Source: Candidatus Bathyarchaeia archaeon
GTDB taxonomy: Bacteria > Hydrogenedentota > Hydrogenedentia > Hydrogenedentales > SLHB01
Length of the DNA: 64,000 nucleotides
NCBI GenBank assembly: GCA_035530195.1
Contig: DATKVG010000128.1
Location: forward strand, 597 to 64,596
Direction of reading: 5' to 3'
Shown: piece by piece, positions 27,285 through 35,648 of the stretch
Numbering within the stretch: the stretch's first letter is position 1
Layout: every line of letters starts with the position of its first letter
Program-made: the position numbers and the translations under genes
The notes under the pieces: model-generated
What the model saw: the letters and a program-made list of their open reading frames with translations, nothing else
Databases searched by the model: none
What the model was told of the DNA's origin: nothing

Positions 27285-27452
27285 GTGGAAGCGGTCGCGC
27301 GGGAGCGCGACCCCACCGCCCGAGGATGATGCGCTAAACGGCATATGGTTAGTGGAAGCGGTCGCGCGGGAGCGCGACCCCACCGCCCGAGGACGATGCG
27401 CTAAACGGCATATGGTTAGTGGAAGCGGTCGTGCGGGAGCGCGACCCCACCG
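27285..27452. repeat. Tandem repeat, 67-bp unit x ~2.5, each unit carrying one family-A hairpin in inverted orientation
   Basis: The tggaagcggtcgcgcgggagcgcgaccccaccgcccgagga(t/c)gatgcgctaaacggcatatggttag units start at 27285, 27352 and 27419. Confidence 0.8.
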
Positions 27453-27461
27453 CTGTAGGCA

Positions 27462-29171
27462 CTAGAGGATGAGGTTGAGGCAGATGCCGACGGCGAGACT
27501 CGAGACGAGCATGATGGCGAAGGCTTTTAACAGGCCCGCGACGCCGATTTCGCGCGCGAGGACGACAAACGTGGCGATGCACGGAAACGACATGGCCAGG
27601 ACCGTCACGCTGATTACGAGTTGGTGCGGGGACATCTCGAGGGCGCCGAGCATGCCGACGGCCACGTCTTTCCGGAAGAAGCCCATCAGGATCGCCAGGC
27701 CGGCTTCTTTGGGCAGGCCCAGCAGTTGGGTAAAGACCGGCGCCATCGCCTGGGCCAGGAAGTCGAACACGCGCAGAAAATGGAGCAGGTTCACTACCAG
27801 CACGCCCGCCAGGACGAAGGGGACCGCCTCCTTCACATACCCGCGCATGCGCCGCCAAAGCTTGTAGCCAACCGTCCGGAGAGGCGGAAACCGGTATGGC
27901 GGGATCTCCATGATAAGTTCCGGGCTTTCGCCCGCGAGCACCCGGTTCAGGATGCGCCCAATCACGATCCACACTACGAACAGCGCCGCGTAAACCATCG
28001 CCACGTACTGCGAGCCGTACGGGCCAAGGATGCCCCACATCATCGCCTGCAGGCTGGCACAGGGTACCGCGATCGAGACGAGGGTCGAGGCGATCAGGCG
28101 TTCGCGGCTGTTTTCGAGGACGCGGGTGGCCATGATGCCCGGCACGTTGCAGCCGAACCCGAGCAGCATCGGGATTACGGCCCAGCCGTGCAGACCCAGC
28201 CGGTGCATCAGCGTATCGAGCAGCACCGCCAGCCGCGGCAAGTAGCCAAAGTCTTCGAGGTAGCTCAGCACCAGGTAAAACGAAAACACGTAAGGGAAAA
28301 CCATGCCGAATGCGACGAAAAGACCGGTGCTGAGCAGGCCAAACGACTGGACAAAATCGATCCGGCCGTCCACCAACTCGCCGAGCAGCAGGGTGTATAG
28401 CAGGCCGCCGGGCCGCATCCGCCCGCCGAGTGCTTCGAGCACGGGCCGCCACCCGTTCTCGAACAGCGGCTCGAACACGTAGCCGATCAGGCTCTCGCCG
28501 ATCAGGCGGATCAGCGTGAAAGACACCGTCAGCACCAGCACGGCCAACGGAATGCCGGTTGCGGGTTTTACGGAGAGGTCGCCGAGGAATTCGAGGAAGG
28601 TGTGATGGCGGTGTTCGAGCGATTGTGCGATGCTGAGGATGCGGCCGACCTCGGTCCATCGGTCCTGTTCGGTCATTTCGATGGCGGGGGTACGCGGCTT
28701 GTCGGGGATCCGCTCGATCAGTTTCTTTATGCCTTCGCCGGTGATGCCGACCGTCGGGACCACGGGTACGCCCAACTCCTGTTCGAGCCGGTTGGCGTCG
28801 ATGTGGATGCCCTTGTGCCTGGCGTCGTCCCAGATGTTGAGGGCCACGATCAGCGGGATAGGCTGCTGCAGCAGGTGCATCGTGAGGTGGAGGCTGCGCT
28901 CGAGGTTGGTCGCATCGGCGACGTTGATGACGGCGTCGGCGTTCTTGAGCATCTCGACGGCGATTTCTTCGGCTTTCGATGTGGCGTGGAGGCCGTAGGT
29001 GCCGGGAACGTCAATGAGGATGCATTTTTCGCCCCGGACCATCATGGAACCCTGGGTATACTCGACGGTGGTGCCGGGGTAATTGGCGCTGGTGACGTGG
29101 ACGCCCGTCAGCCGGGAAAAGACGACGCTTTTGCCGACGTTGGGATTGCCCATCAGTAAGATACGTTTCAC
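27462..29171 (-). CDS. feoB: Ferrous iron transporter FeoB
   Basis: LLMGNPNVGKSVVFSRLTG is the G-domain, followed by a polytopic membrane domain. The GTG start at 29171 overlaps the feoA stop by 1 nt. The ORF track extends to 29201. Confidence 0.9.
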   Translation of the reverse strand: MKRILLMGNPNVGKSVVFSRLTGVHVTSANYPGTTVEYTQGSMMVRGEKCILIDVPGTYGLHATSKAEEIAVEMLKNADAVINVADATNLERSLHLTMHLLQQPIPLIVALNIWDDARHKGIHIDANRLEQELGVPVVPTVGITGEGIKKLIERIPDKPRTPAIEMTEQDRWTEVGRILSIAQSLEHRHHTFLEFLGDLSVKPATGIPLAVLVLTVSFTLIRLIGESLIGYVFEPLFENGWRPVLEALGGRMRPGGLLYTLLLGELVDGRIDFVQSFGLLSTGLFVAFGMVFPYVFSFYLVLSYLEDFGYLPRLAVLLDTLMHRLGLHGWAVIPMLLGFGCNVPGIMATRVLENSRERLIASTLVSIAVPCASLQAMMWGILGPYGSQYVAMVYAALFVVWIVIGRILNRVLAGESPELIMEIPPYRFPPLRTVGYKLWRRMRGYVKEAVPFVLAGVLVVNLLHFLRVFDFLAQAMAPVFTQLLGLPKEAGLAILMGFFRKDVAVGMLGALEMSPHQLVISVTVLAMSFPCIATFVVLAREIGVAGLLKAFAIMLVSSLAVGICLNLIL

Positions 29172-29410
29172 TACACGGCCTCGACCAGGATCTTCTGGCA
29201 AATGCCGCGACCGAGCGCGGTCTGAGTCTGCCCGTGCCGAATTACGATCGGCCCATGTGCAAACGAGTCGCTTACCTTCGTGACGCTCACCCCCGCGCGG
29301 ATGCCCAGCGCTTGCAGCCGGTCATGGATGCCGTGGCCACCTTCGATCGCGCACACGCGTACGGTTTCGCCCGCGGCAACCTCCGTCAACGCCAGCCGCT
29401 TCTCACTCAT
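29171..29410 (-). CDS. feoA: FeoA family protein
   Basis: MSEKRLALTEVAAGETVRVCAIEGGHGIHDRLQALGIRAGVSVTKV is an SH3-like FeoA. This is the internal ATG of ORF 29171..29500, with GAGGTG 4 nt upstream. Confidence 0.8.
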   Translation of the reverse strand: MSEKRLALTEVAAGETVRVCAIEGGHGIHDRLQALGIRAGVSVTKVSDSFAHGPIVIRHGQTQTALGRGICQKILVEAV

Positions 29411-29963
29411 GGCGCACCTCGGCAGGATCGCACTCGGTGGGGTCGCGCTCGGTGGGGTCGCGCTCGGTGGGGTCGCGCTCCTGCGCGACCGGGTTTTCAA
29501 ACGCGGCCATGGCCTGGCTTATTGCGGCGGCATGTTCTGCGTTATCCAGCATCAATGCCATCAGCCAAAGGAGCCGCCGGCCCGTTTCGAGGCTGATCAG
29601 GTGCTCCATTTTGCAGGCGTCCGCCTGCGCCACTTCCGGAGAGACCCCCAGAACTTCCTCAAAAAACCGGGAGAGAGTCCTGAAATTCTGCTCGACTTGT
29701 TCCACCACCCGCGCCCCCTCCTCCGTTAGCAGCAAAAACCGGTTGGGATCTTCCGCAACCAGTTCTCGTTTCTTAAGTTGCGACAACGCCGCAGAGGCCG
29801 CCGCACGGGTCACCTCGAGCCGGACCGCCACGTCCGTCACACGCGCATAACCCAACTTGCCGCGCAACGCGTCTATGGCCATCAGGTAATGGGCCGCCGA
29901 GTGAGAAACGCGGTTCTTCTCGAACTCGCGCCAATAACAAGTTTTGTTGGCGTTGGTAATCAC
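29403..29963 (-). CDS. DtxR/MntR-family metal-dependent transcriptional regulator with a repeat-derived C-terminal tail
   Basis: HSAAHYLMAIDALRGKLGYARVTDVAVRLEVTRAAASAALSQLKKRELV is the wHTH, followed by a dimerisation helix region. The tail ...QERDPTERDPTERDPTECDPAEVRHE is encoded by family-A repeat DNA. Confidence 0.8.
   Translation of the reverse strand: MITNANKTCYWREFEKNRVSHSAAHYLMAIDALRGKLGYARVTDVAVRLEVTRAAASAALSQLKKRELVAEDPNRFLLLTEEGARVVEQVEQNFRTLSRFFEEVLGVSPEVAQADACKMEHLISLETGRRLLWLMALMLDNAEHAAAISQAMAAFENPVAQERDPTERDPTERDPTECDPAEVRHE
29436..29490. repeat. 15-bp tandem repeat (ggtggggtcgcgctc x3) completed by ctgcgcgacc, a family-A hairpin derivative inside coding DNA
   Basis: Read directly at 29436-29450, 29451-29465, 29466-29480 and 29481-29490. 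Confidence 0.8.
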
Positions 29964-30040
29964 CCGGGGTTCCTCCTGTCAACCAACCAAAACAAGTGTA
30001 AACGTATGCTATGCCATGTCAATGTTGTTTGTCAAATGGA

Positions 30041-30085
30041 GTGGACATCGTGGACAAGGTGGGCACTGTGGACATCGTGGACGCG
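30041..30085. repeat. 9-bp periodic array GTGGACNNN x5 (gtggacatc gtggacaag gtgggcact gtggacatc gtggacgcg)
   Basis: Read directly, between the folC stop (30088) and the DtxR-like start (29963). Confidence 0.7.
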
Positions 30086-30087
30086 CT

Positions 30088-31356
30088 TTAGAAGCGGAGA
30101 GGGGAGGCGCCGTAGCGGTCGATTAGGATTTGGCGGGCTTGGCCGGCGGTGAAGATCGAGCCGGTGATGAGGAGGGGGGAGTCTTTTGTCGCCAGGTTCA
30201 TACCTGTCGCGAGGGCCGTTTCGAGGGAAGGTTCGATTTGATATGGCAGGCTGCCGGCGGCATTGGCGAGGTCTTCCGGCGGCGTGGACCGCGTCCCGTT
30301 GAACTGGGTGAAGATGAAAAGTCTTGTGGCCGGTGCGAGCGCGTCGATCACTCCGCGCGCGTCCTTGTCGGCGGCCATGGCGAGGATGGTGATGCAGTTC
30401 GCGAGTCCCGGTGCGATTTTTTGGGCGCCGGCGGGGTTGTGTGCGGCGTCGATGATGACGGGCGGGTCGTCGAGCACGCGTTCCATTCGGCAGGGCCAGT
30501 GTGCTTCGGCGAGGCCGCGCTGGATGGCGCTGCGGTCGATTCGGGGGAGCGACCTGTGCAGCCGTTCGGCGACGGCGACGGCGACGGCGGCGTTTTCGCC
30601 TTGGTACGAGCCGGTGAGGCCGAGCAGCGTCGGGCCGATAGACAGTCCGGGGCTGTGGTATTCGAACTCGAGCCGGAACGGAGTGCCGCTTGTGGCGAAC
30701 GTGAAGTCTTTGCCAATCAGGCTGATTGGGCTTCGCATCTGGCGGGCCCTGGCGATCAGGACGTCGCGCGGAGCGGTTTTAGTCTCGCCGATGATGACGG
30801 GTGTGCGGGGTTTGATGATGCCGGCTTTCTCGAATGCGATTTGTTCGATGGTGTCTCCCAGGTAACGCATGTGATCGTAGTCAATGGTCGTGATGGCCGC
30901 CACGATGGGTTTGAGCACGTTGGTGCTGTCCAGGCGCCCGCCCATCCCGACCTCGACAATCGCCAAATCGACGACTGATTGGGCAAACCAGCGGAACGCC
31001 ACAGCGGTGGTTACTTCAAAAAAGGTGGGGGGGATTGGCATGGCGTCGGCGACGCGGCGGAAAAAGCCGATTTGGGCGTCGAGTTGGTCATGCGGAATGG
31101 TTTCCGAGGCGATGGTGAACCGTTCGGCGATATCGATGAGGTGGGGGCTTGTAAACCGGGCGACCCTGTAGCCGGCGGCGCTGGCGACCGCGGCGACCAT
31201 GGCCACCACGCTGCCTTTGCCATTTGTGCCGGCGACATCGACACTGGGGAAGGTCCTGTGCGGGTTTCCGGCGGCACGGAGCAGGGTTCGGATGTTGTCC
31301 AGGCCCAGCTTGATGCCGTGGTGTTCGAGGTGAAACAGGTATTCGAGATTGGTCAA
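30088..31356 (-). CDS. folC: Bifunctional folylpolyglutamate synthase / dihydrofolate synthase
   Basis: VAGTNGKGSV P-loop, TSPHL, and Mur-ligase family layout. Confidence 0.9.
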   Translation of the reverse strand: MTNLEYLFHLEHHGIKLGLDNIRTLLRAAGNPHRTFPSVDVAGTNGKGSVVAMVAAVASAAGYRVARFTSPHLIDIAERFTIASETIPHDQLDAQIGFFRRVADAMPIPPTFFEVTTAVAFRWFAQSVVDLAIVEVGMGGRLDSTNVLKPIVAAITTIDYDHMRYLGDTIEQIAFEKAGIIKPRTPVIIGETKTAPRDVLIARARQMRSPISLIGKDFTFATSGTPFRLEFEYHSPGLSIGPTLLGLTGSYQGENAAVAVAVAERLHRSLPRIDRSAIQRGLAEAHWPCRMERVLDDPPVIIDAAHNPAGAQKIAPGLANCITILAMAADKDARGVIDALAPATRLFIFTQFNGTRSTPPEDLANAAGSLPYQIEPSLETALATGMNLATKDSPLLITGSIFTAGQARQILIDRYGASPLRF

Positions 31357-31383
31357 TCTAAGAAACTCTCTGGCGGCTGCAAT

Positions 31384-31408
31384 TTATGGTGCGGGCGTCT
31401 CGCCTGCA
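31384..31408. repeat. Family-C element (ttatggtgcgggcgtctcgcctgca), single inverted copy
   Basis: It matches the copies at 49501-49633. Confidence 0.6.
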
Positions 31409-31439
31409 CGTTTGGGCTTAACCTGGCAAAGCCGGCTTG

Positions 31440-32153
31440 CTATCGGTCGTTGTCCGGGAAGTTTTCCCGGTCGTACAACAGCCGCCCGCAGTGCGCGCAC
31501 CCATGCAGTTTCCCCGCAAGAACTTCGTTGACGATCTGCGGCGGGACGTGCATGTGACAGCCGCTGCAGACTTCCCCATTAAGCGGAACGACGGCCGGGC
31601 CGGTCTTTTTTGAGGCTCGAATTCGCTGGTAGCGTGAGAGGAGGCCGGGCTCGACTTGTCCGAGCAGCGGCTGGCGCTGGGTTTCGAGCTGCTGGCGTTC
31701 CTGTGCGGCCTCATGGAGTTCCTGGTCAATGAGGGTGGACTGGGCCTCGATTTCCTTTTGTTCAGCGTTGATCCGCTGTTTGTCTTCGACCAGGCGCTCC
31801 TTGGCGTTGTCCAGTTCGACCATGATGAAAATGACTCGCTCTTCCTTGAGGGCGACCTGTTTTTTGAGCATCTCGATCTCGTGGAGGAGCGCCTGGTACT
31901 CTTCGTTCTTTTTGATGGCGAACAGTTGGGCGTCGTACTTCTTGATTTGGCTCTGCTTGGCCTCGATGTCGATTTCGGCCTCGTGCTGTTCGAGTTGGAG
32001 GTGCTTGCGCACCTCCTCGCGTTCGGCCAACTCGGCGGCCAGCCGTTTTTTGTGGATTTCAAACTTGCTTTTTTGTTTTGGGAATTCGGCTTCGCGCGCC
32101 CGCAACGATTCGATTCTGAGGTCCAGATCCTGCAACAGCAATAACGTATTCAA
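31440..32153 (-). CDS. Coiled-coil protein with a C-terminal C4 zinc ribbon (COG1579/DUF164-like)
   Basis: A long heptad-rich region is followed by CSGCHMHVPPQ...CAHCGRLLY. Confidence 0.8.
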   Translation of the reverse strand: MNTLLLLQDLDLRIESLRAREAEFPKQKSKFEIHKKRLAAELAEREEVRKHLQLEQHEAEIDIEAKQSQIKKYDAQLFAIKKNEEYQALLHEIEMLKKQVALKEERVIFIMVELDNAKERLVEDKQRINAEQKEIEAQSTLIDQELHEAAQERQQLETQRQPLLGQVEPGLLSRYQRIRASKKTGPAVVPLNGEVCSGCHMHVPPQIVNEVLAGKLHGCAHCGRLLYDRENFPDNDR

Positions 32154-32217
32154 TTATGCCGATACCTCCCGGCCCGCCGGGCTCGGCCCGGGGTTGATTC
32201 CTGCCCTTGTTGGGTTA

Positions 32218-32253
32218 TAAAAGAAAAACGCCGCAGCATATGCTGCGGCGTTT
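32218..32253 (-). terminator. Rho-independent terminator downstream of ilvN
   Basis: Palindrome cgccgcagca-ta-tgctgcggcg. On the minus strand it is followed by tttttctttt. Confidence 0.6.
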
Positions 32254-32390
32254 GGAGAGCCTGGCCCGCCCCGCCGGAGGTTGGCGCCGGGTAAAATCGA
32301 GTTGCCTCGGGGCCGCCGTACGCAACGGCCTTGGTAGGGCGCCCTTGGGGCGTGGTAGACATTAAAATATCCAATTCTTGCGAGACGGCG

Positions 32391-32870
32391 TTACTTTGCC
32401 GAACGCGCTATCGCAATCTCGCCGGTTCGAACCAGTTCCTGTATGCCTAAAGGCCGAAGCATGTTGATGCACGCTTCCACCTTTCCTTCGGATCCCGTTA
32501 CCTCGACCACCATCGACGACGGGCTGACATCGACGACCTTGGCGCGGAAGATCGAGGCGATTTCAATGACTTCGCGCCGCCGATCTCGGTTAACACCGAC
32601 TTTGATCAACACCAGTTCGCGCTCGATGAAATCCACTTCGGTCAGATCTTCGACCTTGATGGTGTCGACGAGCTTGTTCAACTGTTTCATGATCTGCTGC
32701 ATAACGTTGTCGTCGCCGCGGACGACCACGGTCATCCGGGAGATGCTCGGGTCTTCGGTTTCGCCGACGCACAGGCTGTCAATGTTGTAGCCGCGCGCGC
32801 TGAACAGGCCCGAGACCCGGGCCAGGACGCCAAAATGATTCTCGACCAAGACGCTAATTGTACGTTTCAT
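32391..32870 (-). CDS. ilvN: Acetolactate synthase small (regulatory) subunit
   Basis: MKRTISVLVENHFGVLARVSGLFSARGYNIDSL is an ACT domain typical of IlvH/IlvN. Confidence 0.9.
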   Translation of the reverse strand: MKRTISVLVENHFGVLARVSGLFSARGYNIDSLCVGETEDPSISRMTVVVRGDDNVMQQIMKQLNKLVDTIKVEDLTEVDFIERELVLIKVGVNRDRRREVIEIASIFRAKVVDVSPSSMVVEVTGSEGKVEACINMLRPLGIQELVRTGEIAIARSAK

Positions 32871-32892
32871 GCCAGCTCCAGCCCATCGTGCA

Positions 32893-33477
32893 CTACTCGG
32901 CTCCGCCGTTTCGGTCGGGGCCGGTGTTGAACTCGTTCATGGCCTTGCCGATACCAAACTCCACGAAGCACAAGGCGGCGTCCGCGGCGCGGGCCACGGC
33001 TTTTTCCGCCACAGGCTTCTCGTCGGGTGCGAACGTGCTCAGGACATGGTCGCGCAGCACGGCGCCCCTGCTTTGACCCACTCCTATGCGCAGTCTGGGA
33101 AACTCTTCGGTTCCCAGGCGGTCAATAATCGACTTGAGCCCGTTGTGCCCGCCGGCACTGCCCTCTGGGCGCAGCCGGATCCGGCCCAGTTCGAGGTTCG
33201 CGTCGTCCACCACCACCAAGAGGTCGCACAACTCCACGTTATTGTATCTTACCGCGCGGGCGATGCTCTCGCCACTGAGGTTCATATACGTCATCGGCTT
33301 CATGAACACGAGCCGCTCGCCGTTCCACTCGGTTTCGGCGAGGATGGCGCGGTACTTCTCGCGCACGAACTCGGCCTTCAGTTTTTCCGCCGCCCGGTCC
33401 ACGGCCGCGAATCCGGCGTTATGCCGCGTGTTCCTGTAGCGGGGCCCGGGATTGCCCAGGCCTGCTATCAGTTTCAC
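32893..33477 (-). CDS. pth: Peptidyl-tRNA hydrolase
   Basis: MKLIAGLGNPGPRYRNTRHNAGF...GGHNGLKS. Confidence 0.92.
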   Translation of the reverse strand: MKLIAGLGNPGPRYRNTRHNAGFAAVDRAAEKLKAEFVREKYRAILAETEWNGERLVFMKPMTYMNLSGESIARAVRYNNVELCDLLVVVDDANLELGRIRLRPEGSAGGHNGLKSIIDRLGTEEFPRLRIGVGQSRGAVLRDHVLSTFAPDEKPVAEKAVARAADAALCFVEFGIGKAMNEFNTGPDRNGGAE

Positions 33478-33530
33478 GGCAATGACCTCCGAAACCAGGC
33501 CTTAAACGCCAGCAGACCGGGCACAGCCTC

Positions 33531-34202
33531 CTACTCCTTCTCTTTTTCTTTCTCTTTTTCCTTGCGTTCGCCGATAACTTCAGGCTCAGCGGCCGCCTCT
33601 TCCTCGACGGCTTCTTCAGGTACAACTTCCTTGACCACCCGCGGCGCATGTACGGTGACCACAGGCCGGTCGGATTCGGTCAGTACGGTGACGTTTTCCG
33701 GGAACTTGACCGCGGCCAGGTGAACGCTGTCGCCGATGTGGAGGCTGGACACGTTCACGACCACTTCTTCGGGGACATCCAGCGCAAGGCATTCGACTTC
33801 GACCTCGCGCAACTGGTGGTCAAGGATGCCGCCCTCGGCGACACCCGGGGCCTGCCCCTCGAGCCGCACCGGCACCACGGTCACGATTCGCTCGTCCATC
33901 CGAATCCGAAGGAAGTCGGCGTGGAGGAAGTTGCCCCGCAACGGGTGGTGCTGGACCGCCTTGAGCAACACGGGGCTGCTCAGCTCGGGCTTGTCTTCGA
34001 TTTCGAGCCGGAGGATGGCGTGCTCGCCGCCCCGGCTGTGGTGTACGGCCGCCTCGAACTCGCGGTGGTTGATTACCAGACTGACCGGTTCCTGGCCGCC
34101 ACCATAGAGAACGCCCGGCAGCGCGCCCGCGGCGCGGACGTTGCGCGCGGATTTTTTGCCCCCGGTTTCGCGGGTGGCTGCCTTGAGTGAGTGGATTTCC
34201 AT
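33531..34202 (-). CDS. rplY: 50S ribosomal protein L25 / general stress protein Ctc
   Basis: RETGGKKSARNVRAAGALPGVLYGGG. The long Ctc form has an acidic/Lys-rich tail. Confidence 0.88.
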   Translation of the reverse strand: MEIHSLKAATRETGGKKSARNVRAAGALPGVLYGGGQEPVSLVINHREFEAAVHHSRGGEHAILRLEIEDKPELSSPVLLKAVQHHPLRGNFLHADFLRIRMDERIVTVVPVRLEGQAPGVAEGGILDHQLREVEVECLALDVPEEVVVNVSSLHIGDSVHLAAVKFPENVTVLTESDRPVVTVHAPRVVKEVVPEEAVEEEAAAEPEVIGERKEKEKEKEKE

Positions 34203-34290
34203 TTCTGAATTGCCTCCGGATTAGGCCCGCATCGTGTAGGCCCACATCGTGTGGGGCCGTGACTTAAAGGCCTTCTAACAAAATCAAATA

Positions 34291-35220
34291 CTATACAAAA
34301 AGACTGCTGACTGATTCCTGTTCGTGAATTCGTCTTATCGCCTCGCCAATAAATGGCGCAAAACTGAGCACGCGCAACTTCGGGCTTGCGGCGGCCGCGG
34401 CGTTCAGCGGTATCGTGTCGCCCACCAGCACCTCGGTGAGGACGGAATCCTGGATGCGCTTGACGGCGTCGCCGCTCAAGACCGGATGTGTGGCGCAGGC
34501 CATAACGTCCAGCGCCCCCTGCTCTTTGACGGCCTGCGCCGCCTTGACCAGCGTGCCGGCCGTGTCGATCATATCGTCGAAGATCAGGGCGTGCCGGCCT
34601 TCGACGTTGCCGATGATGTTCATGACTTCGCTGACGTTTTCTTTGGGCCGCCGCTTGTCGACGATGGCAAGCGAGGCGTCGAGCCGGCTCGCGAACTCCC
34701 TGGCGCGCAACACGCTGCCCGTGTCGGGACTGACAACGACGAGGTTGGCCACTTTACGATCGAGCATGTGGCGCCCGAACACGGCGTCGCCGCGGAGGTG
34801 GTCGACGGGGATGTCGAAGAACCCCTGGATCTGGCCACAGTGCAGGTCGGTCGAGAGAATTCGGTCGGCGCCGGCGGCGACGATGACGTTGGCGACGAGC
34901 TTGGCCGAAATGGGGACGCGCGGTTTGTCTTTTCGGTCCTGGCGGGCGTAGCCGAAATAGGGCATGACGGCGGTGACGCGTTCGGCGGAGGCGCGCTTGG
35001 CGGCGTCGATCAGCATCAGCATCTCGACGAGGTGGTCGTTTACCGGGGGAGAGGTGCTGTTGATGATAAAGACATCGCTGCCGCGGACGTTCTCGCCCAG
35101 TTGGACGTGGACCTCGCCGTCGCTGAATTGGGACACCAGCGCCTGGCCCTGTGGCGCACCGAGATGGGCGCAGACGCCCCGGGTGAGGTCGCGGGAACCG
35201 TTGCCGCAAAAGATCTTCAT
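34291..35220 (-). CDS. prs: Ribose-phosphate pyrophosphokinase
   Basis: MKIFCGNGSRDL..., YFGYARQDRK and DLHCGQIQGFF. The start at MKIF (35220) gives the canonical length. The ORF track extends to 35319, almost touching the tRNA. Confidence 0.9.
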   Translation of the reverse strand: MKIFCGNGSRDLTRGVCAHLGAPQGQALVSQFSDGEVHVQLGENVRGSDVFIINSTSPPVNDHLVEMLMLIDAAKRASAERVTAVMPYFGYARQDRKDKPRVPISAKLVANVIVAAGADRILSTDLHCGQIQGFFDIPVDHLRGDAVFGRHMLDRKVANLVVVSPDTGSVLRAREFASRLDASLAIVDKRRPKENVSEVMNIIGNVEGRHALIFDDMIDTAGTLVKAAQAVKEQGALDVMACATHPVLSGDAVKRIQDSVLTEVLVGDTIPLNAAAAASPKLRVLSFAPFIGEAIRRIHEQESVSSLFV

Positions 35221-35333
35221 GTCCTTGCTATAAGCCACAGTCACAACCCCTGGTTTTCGCAGTTGCGCCGTCCGAATGCTCATACTGTGCCTCGGCTGGT
35301 TTAGCGCGTGCGCGCGCACGCGCCATTTAACAT

Positions 35334-35407
35334 GGTTGGGGCGGAAGGATTCGAACCTCCGAATGCCGGGACCAAAACCCGGTGCCTTACCACTTGGCGA
35401 CGCCCCA
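35334..35407 (-). tRNA. tRNA-Gln (anticodon UUG), CCA encoded
   Basis: The reverse complement TGGGGCGTCGCCAAGTGGTAAGGCACCGGGTTTTGGTCCCGGCATTCGGAGGTTCGAATCCTTCCGCCCCAACCA folds as a cloverleaf. It has a 7-bp acceptor stem, anticodon stem CCGGG/CCCGG with loop TTTTGGT, and a GGAGG-TTCGAAT-CCTTC T-arm. It closely resembles E. coli tRNA-Gln. Confidence 0.9.
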
Positions 35408-35510
35408 GCGTGTGTCTCACCCGTGTTTCTAAAGCCACAACTCCCCCACGAACAGGACCCGATTACGCAAGCCTCGGGGGAAGATCACCAGCTACACAGG
35501 CAATTGACAG

Positions 35511-35540
35511 ATTATATCCAACTCCCAAAGGGCAAGTCAA
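35511..35540 (-). promoter_or_regulatory. Sigma70-like promoter for the tRNA-Gln/prs operon
   Basis: The minus strand reads TTGACT-N18-TATAAT, about 100 nt upstream of the tRNA 5' end. Confidence 0.45.
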
Positions 35541-35648
35541 TTAAGCTGCCGCTCCGAAGGTACGGAGCGGGCGCTCCGGGGTGCGGAGCGGACGCCGCAA
35601 GTAAAGGCGAGGCCGCGTCTACAAAGTCGTGCCGAAGGAGTATGGATC

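Noticed and set aside
26351-27316. Extended tpiA ORF (321 aa), and 27090..27383 (-).
   Set aside because: The upstream extension translates repeat DNA (IRPIRPIQP, family-A hairpins). The GTG at 27115 gives a canonical-length TpiA starting RIPLIAGNWKMN.
27285-27452. Possible CRISPR array, given the regularly spaced palindromic repeats.
   Set aside because: The whole 67-bp unit repeats, including the would-be spacer, so there are no unique spacers. There are only 2.5 units and no cas genes in the window.
32254-32390. Possible small RNA (e.g. SRP/6S-like) in the ~140-nt GC-rich spacer between the ilvN stop and its terminator.
   Set aside because: I could not recognise any conserved motif of known RNA families by eye, and there is no independent promoter. 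It is left as 3' UTR.
35308-35544. 78-aa ORF (+) and 35276..35686 (+) across the tRNA region. Also the possibility of an integrated element at tRNA-Gln.
   Set aside because: The ORFs overlap the tRNA-Gln gene and promoter. I found no integrase gene and no obvious duplicated tRNA 3' segment nearby that would mark an integration site.
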